NCBI GenBank assembly: GCA_043821365.1
Contig: JBDRCX010000006.1
Location: 734,151-798,150 of the forward strand
Length of the DNA stretch: 64,000 nt
Source: Candidatus Micrarchaeota archaeon
GTDB lineage: Archaea > Micrarchaeota > Micrarchaeia > Anstonellales > Bilamarchaeaceae
Direction: 5' to 3'
The notes under the pieces were generated by a model that was not told where the DNA came from, did not search any database, and worked only from the letters and a program-made list of their open reading frames with translations. This document shows positions 35,596-43,432 of this stretch, in pieces (within the stretch, counting starts at the first letter, position 1; every line of letters starts with the position of its first letter). The position numbers were made by a program, and so were the translations under genes.

Positions 35596-35790
35596 ATTGA
35601 TCGAGTATAGATCAATGGACCATAAATTGATGCGTCAATTTATCGGTCGATAAGAAGGGCAAGAGAAAGGCGAAAAATGGCAGAGCGTCCGATGGAACGT
35701 CGCAACGTTCCATGGACCACAGAACGGAACGCCGTTTTGTAGGTCCTCAGATCGGCTCTGAGATTCCTTCCCCTGCATACTGATCTGAGG
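35596..35790. repeat. Cluster of five hairpins with tRNA-Leu-derived fragments
   Basis: Hairpins at 35596-35616, 35622-35643, 35687-35717, 35720-35739, 35745-35790; TGGCAGAGCG (35678-35687) equals tRNA-Leu 34334-34343. Confidence 0.8.
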
Positions 35791-35818
35791 GTTATTCCCC
35801 TTCATCTTTCTAATTTTA

Positions 35819-36433
35819 TCAAATTCTATCAATTTTAATTCCACTAATATAAAAAATCGCAATAATAGTATATATCAAGTAACCAAGAACAACAAGTATG
35901 AAATTAAATGATATGCCCATATCTGACTGTCCAGGTACAAAGTTTATTGCATCTATGGCAAAAGTTATGGGACCTAACACTATTCCAAACAGGAGATACA
36001 AAGAGAACGCCCCGTTCAATAGTATGCTAATGAATAGCATGAATATCTTTACTAATTTTGGTATGATTTTAATCTCTCTATGCTGAATGGAAATAATTAA
36101 CCATGCACTAATGAAACTAATGATTGCACTAGCAAAAAGTGCAGGTCCAGTTTTTTCACTTCCCATTAATGAAATCAAATCATTTTGGAATGTTGGTTGA
36201 ATAATATAAAGAAAGATAAAAAATGCAATCATAACTAAGAATACTAAAGGGTTCTGAGCAGATTTAACAGCTTCATCCATCCAATTCTTCTCTTCACATG
36301 AAATTTCAAAACTTCCAATTTTTAGTTTGGTTTTATTTTTTTGTAATGCCCCAACTGACAGAAATAAAAAAACCAAAAAGAACAACCATATCACAATACA
36401 AGGCAGACATATGATCGGAATACTCTGAACCAT
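35819..36433 (-). CDS. Hypothetical multi-pass membrane protein
   Basis: 204 aa, about five hydrophobic segments. Confidence 0.7.
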   Translation of the reverse strand: MVQSIPIICLPCIVIWLFFLVFLFLSVGALQKNKTKLKIGSFEISCEEKNWMDEAVKSAQNPLVFLVMIAFFIFLYIIQPTFQNDLISLMGSEKTGPALFASAIISFISAWLIISIQHREIKIIPKLVKIFMLFISILLNGAFSLYLLFGIVLGPITFAIDAINFVPGQSDMGISFNFILVVLGYLIYTIIAIFYISGIKIDRI

Positions 36434-36533
36434 AACGTATACCTACACACTCCTTTTTTTATTCCTTTTTACTATCTGCTTTATTTTGGTGGTATTACAG
36501 TTTATTTTTAATAACTAGCCTAGTTATTATGTT

Positions 36534-37781
36534 GTGATGTATGTACAAAAAAGGCAACCACAACCTACTAATTTAACTGCACGGATTAGACTGTTTGCAG
36601 AACGTATTCTAGAAGAAAGAATTCGCAAAACATCATTACATAATAGAACTCAAGAGTTAAACAGGGAAATACTATTTCTAGTAAATGCATTTGTTAATGG
36701 TTATTGGAGTGCAACTTCTTCTCCTCTTGGTGCAACGCTCCATGATTATGGGGGATACTATCCAAATAGAGAATTCCAGTCAAGAGATGCAATTGCGCAT
36801 CTTAGAACATTAGCTGAGCGAGGAGTAGATTGTAGTGCTGCAATTCAAGCTTTAGGAACTCATCTTCAAGACAATAGAACTCCACATCTCATTTCTAATA
36901 ATATTATCGAAGCAATTCGTGTGCTAGCATTAAGTGGTGCAGATTTTAGTCATTTAGTTCCATTTCTAGAAAAACAAACTGATAATGCACGTAGTAGGTT
37001 TTGTGAATCTGCACCTGGCGTATTGGATATAATTAAACGTCGTGATCAAATTCTTCATTCACAAACAACATATAGAATACAAATGGAACAAAGACTCACT
37101 GCATTATCAAGCAGATTTGAAGAAGCATGGTCTATGCCTTTACCTTTCATGACTCTAGTTACTGATGCCACTACTTCTTCTAGATTTGTTCGTAGAGAAA
37201 TATTTGAATCCGACACAGTCACTGATTTTACTGGCTATGCTCTTCCATCTGCTTTAGTAACTGCTACTGCCGAAAGGCATAGACTTTATGGTAGAATTGT
37301 TCTTTGGAGAACATCAATGGGAGATCCTCATTTTGATGCAATTGTTTTTCATGAGTTTGCTCATTTACTCAAAGAACCTGGAAAATGTTTCGATTGCATG
37401 AAAAAAACACTATTCAGAACATGCAATGACAAATCTCAAGCAGATTATCTCACTCGTATCTTAAGTGAAGGATTTGCAGAATTCTGTTCCCATTTAACTA
37501 CAGATACGCCAATTTTACGAAATCAAGATTCCAAACACCTTGATGAAGTAATTCATGAAGCAGAAATCAAGGGCTGGGAGCATATTGCTACTTCTGATAG
37601 GTATCATTTCTATGTTTATGAAATTGGTCTAAATTTCTTTACTCTAGCACATTCATTATTACGGTATTCTCCTCTGGATTATGCATTATTACTTTCAAAA
37701 ACACCACCAAGTCCTGAAGAATTACTCTCACATAATGGAGGAATGAGATGGGCAGAACGAGTTCGATTTTCAAAAGCATGA
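36534..37781 (+). CDS. Orphan protein: HEAT-like helices plus a putative gluzincin metallopeptidase domain
   Basis: IVFHEFAHLL (HExxH), LSEGFAEF, VYEIG; no signal peptide. Confidence 0.7.
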   Translation: MMYVQKRQPQPTNLTARIRLFAERILEERIRKTSLHNRTQELNREILFLVNAFVNGYWSATSSPLGATLHDYGGYYPNREFQSRDAIAHLRTLAERGVDCSAAIQALGTHLQDNRTPHLISNNIIEAIRVLALSGADFSHLVPFLEKQTDNARSRFCESAPGVLDIIKRRDQILHSQTTYRIQMEQRLTALSSRFEEAWSMPLPFMTLVTDATTSSRFVRREIFESDTVTDFTGYALPSALVTATAERHRLYGRIVLWRTSMGDPHFDAIVFHEFAHLLKEPGKCFDCMKKTLFRTCNDKSQADYLTRILSEGFAEFCSHLTTDTPILRNQDSKHLDEVIHEAEIKGWEHIATSDRYHFYVYEIGLNFFTLAHSLLRYSPLDYALLLSKTPPSPEELLSHNGGMRWAERVRFSKA

Positions 37782-37860
37782 TATGTCTTACTACTAAAAA
37801 ACAAACTATGATTTTTTGTCCATATCTAATTCTTTAAATCTTGCTAGGGATAATGTACTG

Positions 37861-39459
37861 ATGTTCACGTGGGAATTGTGGTTTGCCATCGTACCAGGAT
37901 TAATTCTGTTTCTTTATGGTATTGATCACTTCAGCAAAGAGATACAACGTGTTGCAGGTGAACGTTTCCGTTCTGTACTTGGAAAGCTTACTAAACATCC
38001 ACTTGGAGGAACCACACTCGGTGCTATAGTAACAGCAATAATACAATCAAGTACTGCTACAACTGTCATAGCAGTTGGTCTTGTTGATGCAGGAACTATC
38101 TCATTTGCACAGAGTTTGGGCATAATGTTTGGAGCCAATATAGGTACTACAGTGACAGCACAGCTTGTTGCCTTTAAATTGACTATTTTTGCACCATTCT
38201 TTATTCTTCTTGGTTTTGTTATTAGTCTTTTTGGAGGGAGATATAAGTTTTTGGGGAAACCTATTTTCTATTTTGGTTTAGTCTTCTTTAGTCTTGCACT
38301 TATATCTGAAGCTATAATCCCATTTAAGGATAACCCTGAATTTCTTTCAATGTTTTCACATCTTTCAAATGTGTTTGTTGCCATTTTTGTTGGCATAATA
38401 GCAACTCTTATTCTTCAATCTAGTTCAGTCACTACAGGTATTGTTGTGTTACTTGCAGGGACTGGCTTGCTTACTCTGGGTCAAGGAATCCCAGTTATAT
38501 TAGGAGCCAATATAGGTACAACTGCAACTTCACTTCTGGCGGCTTCAAGAATGGATCTTCATGCAAGAAGAGCATCCATAGCACACTTTCTCTTTAATGT
38601 TGGTGGCGTGTTGATATTCCTACCATTCATTACAATTTTCACATCATTTGTGGAAGGTATAGGTGGAAATCTTGCTCAACAAGTTGCAAATGCTCATTTA
38701 ATCTTCAATCTATCTGCTGCCACTATCTTTCTCCTTATGCTGAATCATTTCAAACTATTAATTGAAAAGCTTGTGCCAGGAACAGAGGACGAGATCATTT
38801 TCAAAACAAATTATCTTGAAAACGGACCACCAATCAATAATCGGCAAGCTTTTGATTTTATAGAAAAAGAATTAGTACATTCCATTGATGTTACTTTAAA
38901 ACTTTTTGACGAATCTATCGGATTTTTAAAAAATAATAAAGGCAGGTCATTTCAACGTGTTACAAAGCTTGAAGCATTCAATGATTTTCTTGATGAAAAG
39001 ATAGAACAGGCCATTCTCAAATTATCTGGAAAAAAACTTAGTGAAAAAGAAGCCAGAAAAACAGTCCTGCTTGTTCGTATGTCGAATATGGTAGAACAAC
39101 TTGGAGATCGCGCAGACGATCTTGCATATCTATCTGTCGAGTTAAATGAACGTGGAGGGTCTCTTTCTCCCGAATCTATGGTAGAACTAGATCAATTATA
39201 TGAGCAATTTTGTAAAAATATTCTAATCCTTAGAGAATCAATTCCAAAAATAAGTTTGGCGAACATAAAGAAAATGAGGAAAAATGATATTGCATTCAGA
39301 TTGTTGCTGAATGTAAGTTATCAGAAACATCTTGAAAGGCTCTACTTACAAAAAGCGTATGCAGGAACATTTTTTGTTGAAACATTATCCACACTAGAGC
39401 AAGCAAATGCTCATGTACGTGAAATCAGAAAACTTTCTGAGCTTTACAGAAAATCATAG
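37861..39459 (+). CDS. Na+/Pi cotransporter family protein with PhoU-like C-terminus
   Basis: Duplicated QSSTAT/QSSSVT..GANIGTT motifs; RMSNMVEQLGD. Confidence 0.92.
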   Translation: MFTWELWFAIVPGLILFLYGIDHFSKEIQRVAGERFRSVLGKLTKHPLGGTTLGAIVTAIIQSSTATTVIAVGLVDAGTISFAQSLGIMFGANIGTTVTAQLVAFKLTIFAPFFILLGFVISLFGGRYKFLGKPIFYFGLVFFSLALISEAIIPFKDNPEFLSMFSHLSNVFVAIFVGIIATLILQSSSVTTGIVVLLAGTGLLTLGQGIPVILGANIGTTATSLLAASRMDLHARRASIAHFLFNVGGVLIFLPFITIFTSFVEGIGGNLAQQVANAHLIFNLSAATIFLLMLNHFKLLIEKLVPGTEDEIIFKTNYLENGPPINNRQAFDFIEKELVHSIDVTLKLFDESIGFLKNNKGRSFQRVTKLEAFNDFLDEKIEQAILKLSGKKLSEKEARKTVLLVRMSNMVEQLGDRADDLAYLSVELNERGGSLSPESMVELDQLYEQFCKNILILRESIPKISLANIKKMRKNDIAFRLLLNVSYQKHLERLYLQKAYAGTFFVETLSTLEQANAHVREIRKLSELYRKS

Positions 39460-40404
39460 AACCTTCTTTTTCTGATTTGGAAATCCTACTATATCTATTG
39501 TCTGAGATGCAAAGTGAATGTCTTTAGTTTTTCCTAAACCTTCAAGAAGTTTGTGGCTTAGTGCATTTGAAACAAGCCTTCTAGACCGAACTTCAGTAAC
39601 ATATCTTATATTCATAGACACCCAATTGTCTGTTAGTTTGATAAATACCTGAGGTTCAACATCCTTTCTACGAAAAAAATATTTTTCCCCCATCCTGGCT
39701 AGTTCCTGCGAAGCCTTTTTTACAGTTTCATTTGTTTCTTTCTTTGTAATTTCTAAAAGAAGTTTCTCAGCTTTTTTCCAGTTGCTGCCATAAGTTATAG
39801 GAATCCAGATTTCATCCCATATGAATTCGTGGTCTTTAGTATAATTTTTTATGGTTCCAGAGATTGCATATCCATTAGGTATAACAACTAATCTACCAGT
39901 TACTTGATCTCCTTCAATCCATTCCCGTGTTTCTAATAATGTAGTGTAAAAAATACCAATATCGATTACATCTCCATAAGTAGTGTTTATTTGAATTCTA
40001 TCTCCAACAGCGTATGTCCGTGTAATAAGGAGTATAATGCCCCCAGCTAAGTTCTTGAAAATATCTTGAAGTGCTATGGCAATTGCAGCTGCTATAAGAC
40101 CATATGCAACCAAAATGGTTTCTGGATTCGGTATCCATACTGTTATGACAATAGCAATAACAACAACAGCATTGATAATTGAAATTACCTTACGGAGTTC
40201 AAATTTTCTACGGTTATCTTTTATCCTTTTTGTAACTGCTTCTTCTATTACAATCTTGAATATAAGATATATCGCTGCTAGTGCGGAAAAAGTATAGAAA
40301 ATTGCCAACAAATAATAATTTTGGTATATTGTGTTTGCATACCAAAGCGTTCCTGATACGATTAACAAAATAAGTAAAACAAATATTTTTCCTATTGGAA
40401 TCAA
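39454..40404 (-). CDS. mscS: Mechanosensitive channel MscS family
   Basis: IAIALQDIFKNLAGG, YAVGDRIQI, GDVIDIGIFYT, VVIPNG. Confidence 0.92.
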   Translation of the reverse strand: MIPIGKIFVLLILLIVSGTLWYANTIYQNYYLLAIFYTFSALAAIYLIFKIVIEEAVTKRIKDNRRKFELRKVISIINAVVVIAIVITVWIPNPETILVAYGLIAAAIAIALQDIFKNLAGGIILLITRTYAVGDRIQINTTYGDVIDIGIFYTTLLETREWIEGDQVTGRLVVIPNGYAISGTIKNYTKDHEFIWDEIWIPITYGSNWKKAEKLLLEITKKETNETVKKASQELARMGEKYFFRRKDVEPQVFIKLTDNWVSMNIRYVTEVRSRRLVSNALSHKLLEGLGKTKDIHFASQTIDIVGFPNQKKKVL

Positions 40405-40513
40405 ACATCAACACCTCATCTTTCAAATTTAATATCAAAGTGAGAATTTAAAAATGATATATTGGTATATGAAAAATAACTAACTTTATATAACTAATCT
40501 GAAAACACTAATT

Positions 40514-40849
40514 ATGTATCCACAGATAGTTGTTGATTTTCTCAATTATTCTGCCATTGCAATAAGTGCAATTGGTATTCTAATCATGCTCCATGCATGT
40601 ATTGTAACACTAGCTAGTATTATCAAAATAGAACTTGCAAGAAAAAAGACATTCAGAGCATATGAGAATCGAAAAAGAGTTTTCATACAAAGAATAATTT
40701 TATCTTTAGACTTTTTTGTGGCAGCCGATCTATTACGACTGGTTTTAGTTACATCGATGGAAGAAATTCTTTTCCTTTCAGTCATTGTTGGTATACGTAC
40801 AATTCTAAATTGGTCTTTAAGTAAGGAAATTCATTTGCACGAAGAATAA
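40514..40849 (+). CDS. DUF1622 family membrane protein
   Basis: LSLDFFVAADLLRLV, IVGIRTILNWSLSKEI. Confidence 0.85.
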   Translation: MYPQIVVDFLNYSAIAISAIGILIMLHACIVTLASIIKIELARKKTFRAYENRKRVFIQRIILSLDFFVAADLLRLVLVTSMEEILFLSVIVGIRTILNWSLSKEIHLHEE

Positions 40850-40891
40850 TTTTTATATTTATTTTCACTTCAAACATATTCTATTAAAAAC

Positions 40892-40913
40892 ATTATGAAT
40901 ATATATTCATAAT
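40892..40913. promoter_or_regulatory. Perfect 22-bp palindrome abutting the DUF134 start codon (putative operator)
   Basis: ATTATGAATATATATTCATAAT ends 1 nt before ATG 40914. Confidence 0.72.
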
Positions 40914-41210
40914 ATGGTTAGGCCAAAAAAATGTAGGTGCATTTCCAGAGAGCCTGGAGTTACATATTTCAAACCAGTTGGTGTGCCACTAAAACAACTC
41001 AAAGAAATAGAACTAAGTATTGATGAATTTGAAGCAATCAGACTTGTCGACTTTCTTGATCAAGAACAAATATCTGCTGCTGAAAAAATGAAAGTTTCTC
41101 AACCAACATTAAACCGCTTGCTTAAATCAGCCAGAAAAAAATCAGCAGAATATTTAGTAAATGGTTATTCTTTGAAAATTAATGGAGGAAATTATTATAT
41201 TTCGAGGTGA
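40914..41210 (+). CDS. DUF134 domain predicted DNA-binding protein
   Basis: MVRPKKCR, YFKPVGVP, DEFEAIRLVD, AAEKMKVSQPT. Confidence 0.92.
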   Translation: MVRPKKCRCISREPGVTYFKPVGVPLKQLKEIELSIDEFEAIRLVDFLDQEQISAAEKMKVSQPTLNRLLKSARKKSAEYLVNGYSLKINGGNYYISR

Positions 41211-41214
41211 TACG

Positions 41215-41394
41215 ATGCCAAATAAAGATGGAACTGGACCAAGATGGTCAAGCGGAAATTGGAGATGTAGGAATATGGGATACAATAATTGTAATATGAC
41301 TAAAGATGAAGAAAAAAGTTTTCTTGTTTCAAAAGTAACTGAATTACAGAGACAAATAGATGATCTGAACAAGAGAATTACTGAACTAAGCTAA
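41215..41394 (+). CDS. DUF5320-like small protein
   Basis: MPNKDGTGP N-terminus and C-terminal coiled coil; GAGGTGA SD. Confidence 0.75.
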   Translation: MPNKDGTGPRWSSGNWRCRNMGYNNCNMTKDEEKSFLVSKVTELQRQIDDLNKRITELS

Positions 41395-41406
41395 AATTTA
41401 CTTCAT

Positions 41407-41432
41407 AATTTGCGTCGTAAAAAACGCAAATT
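41407..41432. repeat. 9-bp hairpin
   Basis: AATTTGCGT-CGTAAAAA-ACGCAAATT. Confidence 0.8.
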
Positions 41433-41468
41433 ATTTATATTCTCGTGTATACTACTATTTGATGCGTA

Positions 41469-42446
41469 ATGTCTGAAGGAAAAATATCAAATTTTTTAGA
41501 AAGAAATTTTAAACATTTCAATTCAGCTGCTTTAGTTGATGCTGCCAAAGCATACAAACAATTGCTAGCTAAAGATGGAAAAATGTTTCTTGCAATGGCA
41601 GGGGCAATGAGTACTGCAGAACTGGGGATAAGTCTAGCGGAGATGATAAGGCAAGGGAAAATCCATGCTATTTCTACAACTGGCGCAAATCTTGAAGAAG
41701 ACGTATTCAATTTGGTTGCAAATAAAAAATATAAAAGTGTGAAAAACTATCGTGACCTTACCCCCGAACAAGAATTAGAATTATTCAAAGCAGGGCATAA
41801 TAGGGTTACTGATACATGCATTCCAGAAGCAGAGGCAATGCGGCTAATTGAGAAGCATCTAATTCCATTGTGGCAGGAACATGATAAAAATAGCGAACCA
41901 TTGTTTCCACACGAATATATCTATAAATTAATAAAATCCGGCAAACTTGACCAACACTTTGACATAGATCGAAAAGACAGTTGGATTATTGCAGCATGTG
42001 AAAAGAATATTCCAATTTTTGTTGCAGGTTGGGCAGATTCAACACTTGGGAATGTTCTTGTTGCTGAACATTTGAAAGGTAATATAAAAAATCTCGGCAT
42101 TGTCAAAGAAGGTTTAGCATATATGAAAAACCTAGTTGATTGGTACCTTGAAACTTCGAAAAATCATGATATTGGTTTCTTTCAGATTGGGGGGGGCATT
42201 TCAGGTGATTTCCCAATCTGCGTTGTTCCATTAATAAATCAAGATACTGAAATGCCAGATGTTCGAACTTGGAAATATTTTTGCCAAATAAGTGATTCTA
42301 CAACAAGTTATGGTTCTTATTCAGGTGCAGTTCCTAATGAAAAAATAACCTGGGGAAAACTTGATCCAGACACACCACGATTTGTTATTGAATCAGACGC
42401 AACAATAGTTGCCCCATTGATATTTGCCTATGTTTTAGGGGAATAA
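41469..42446 (+). CDS. dhs: Deoxyhypusine synthase family protein
   Basis: AGAMSTAELG, TGANLEED, IGGGISGDF, SYSGAVPNEKITWGK. Confidence 0.92.
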   Translation: MSEGKISNFLERNFKHFNSAALVDAAKAYKQLLAKDGKMFLAMAGAMSTAELGISLAEMIRQGKIHAISTTGANLEEDVFNLVANKKYKSVKNYRDLTPEQELELFKAGHNRVTDTCIPEAEAMRLIEKHLIPLWQEHDKNSEPLFPHEYIYKLIKSGKLDQHFDIDRKDSWIIAACEKNIPIFVAGWADSTLGNVLVAEHLKGNIKNLGIVKEGLAYMKNLVDWYLETSKNHDIGFFQIGGGISGDFPICVVPLINQDTEMPDVRTWKYFCQISDSTTSYGSYSGAVPNEKITWGKLDPDTPRFVIESDATIVAPLIFAYVLGE

Positions 42447-42447
42447 G

Positions 42448-43356
42448 TTAGTTTTTCAATGTTTTATCAAAGAATTCTACTACCTTTTCCAATTCAGAAT
42501 CTGGAAATCCATGGTAATCGTCAATTACAATGAAAGTAGCATCTATTCCGTTCTTTTTCAGTTCATTATACAATAATTCACTTTCGCTTATTGGAACTAT
42601 GTCATCTTTGCTTCCATGCATTATCAAAAATGGCGGGTCATCTGGTGTAATGTATGTTATTGGGTTTGCTTCCATTGCTTTGTTATGGCTCTCGTTTATC
42701 GGACTTTCAAAAAGCTGATTTCCACAAAATGCATATTCATAATATCTTTCAGTAGTATTTGTGATATTTTCAACTAAGATAAACGAAACTGGTCCGTACC
42801 AGTCAGCCACCGCATCTACTTCGCTAGAATACTGTGAATTTTCATTTGTGTCAAAGTTAGTTATCCCACCAGAGGTTCCAACTAAAGATGATAAATGGCC
42901 ACCGGCAGACATTCCAAATATCCCAAATCTATTTGTATCCATCCTATATCTTTCAGAATTTGCACGCAACCAACGTATTGCTGTTTTAACATCCTGGATC
43001 TGTGCAGGGAATTTTGCCTCTTGACTTAGTCGGTAATCAATACACGAAACTATATACCCCTCTTCAACAAAAATTTTGTGTGGGCAGCTATCCTTAGTAC
43101 CTTCTCTCCATCCTCCTCCATGCACATAGATTATTGTTGGGAACAGATCGGTGGTATTAGCCGGAAGATAAATATCAAGAATAAGGGTATCTGAAATATT
43201 AGAATATTGGATATTGTGAAATTCTGTTTGTTGTGGTGCTAAGTTATTATCAGGAATCGTAGAGTTAGTAGGAATTGATGGTTCTTGTACTAAGCAACCA
43301 AAAAACATAACCAAAGTACCCAATAATATATATAGTGCAAAGCGCATAAGTTTCAT
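42448..43356 (-). CDS. Lipobox alpha/beta hydrolase (esterase)
   Basis: FFGC; VHGGGW, GMSAGGHL, HGSKDDIVP, YHGF. Confidence 0.9.
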   Translation of the reverse strand: MKLMRFALYILLGTLVMFFGCLVQEPSIPTNSTIPDNNLAPQQTEFHNIQYSNISDTLILDIYLPANTTDLFPTIIYVHGGGWREGTKDSCPHKIFVEEGYIVSCIDYRLSQEAKFPAQIQDVKTAIRWLRANSERYRMDTNRFGIFGMSAGGHLSSLVGTSGGITNFDTNENSQYSSEVDAVADWYGPVSFILVENITNTTERYYEYAFCGNQLFESPINESHNKAMEANPITYITPDDPPFLIMHGSKDDIVPISESELLYNELKKNGIDATFIVIDDYHGFPDSELEKVVEFFDKTLKN

Positions 43357-43432
43357 TCAACATAATACTATAAAAATAATTTGCAATTGGAGCATACATC
43401 ATTTTTTAAATATTAAGTCTGATCTTCATCTC

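Larger units (their letters stand above)
34400..35779. mobile_element. Putative minimal tRNA-Leu-anchored island carrying only a Fic gene
   Basis: 13-bp direct repeat CTTCCCCTGCATA at 34400-34412 (tRNA 3' end) and 35767-35779; no integrase inside. Confidence 0.6.

Noticed and set aside
35635-35862. 75-aa ORF across the hairpin cluster
   Set aside because: Overlaps the next gene, lacks an SD or motifs, and is explained by structured non-coding sequence.
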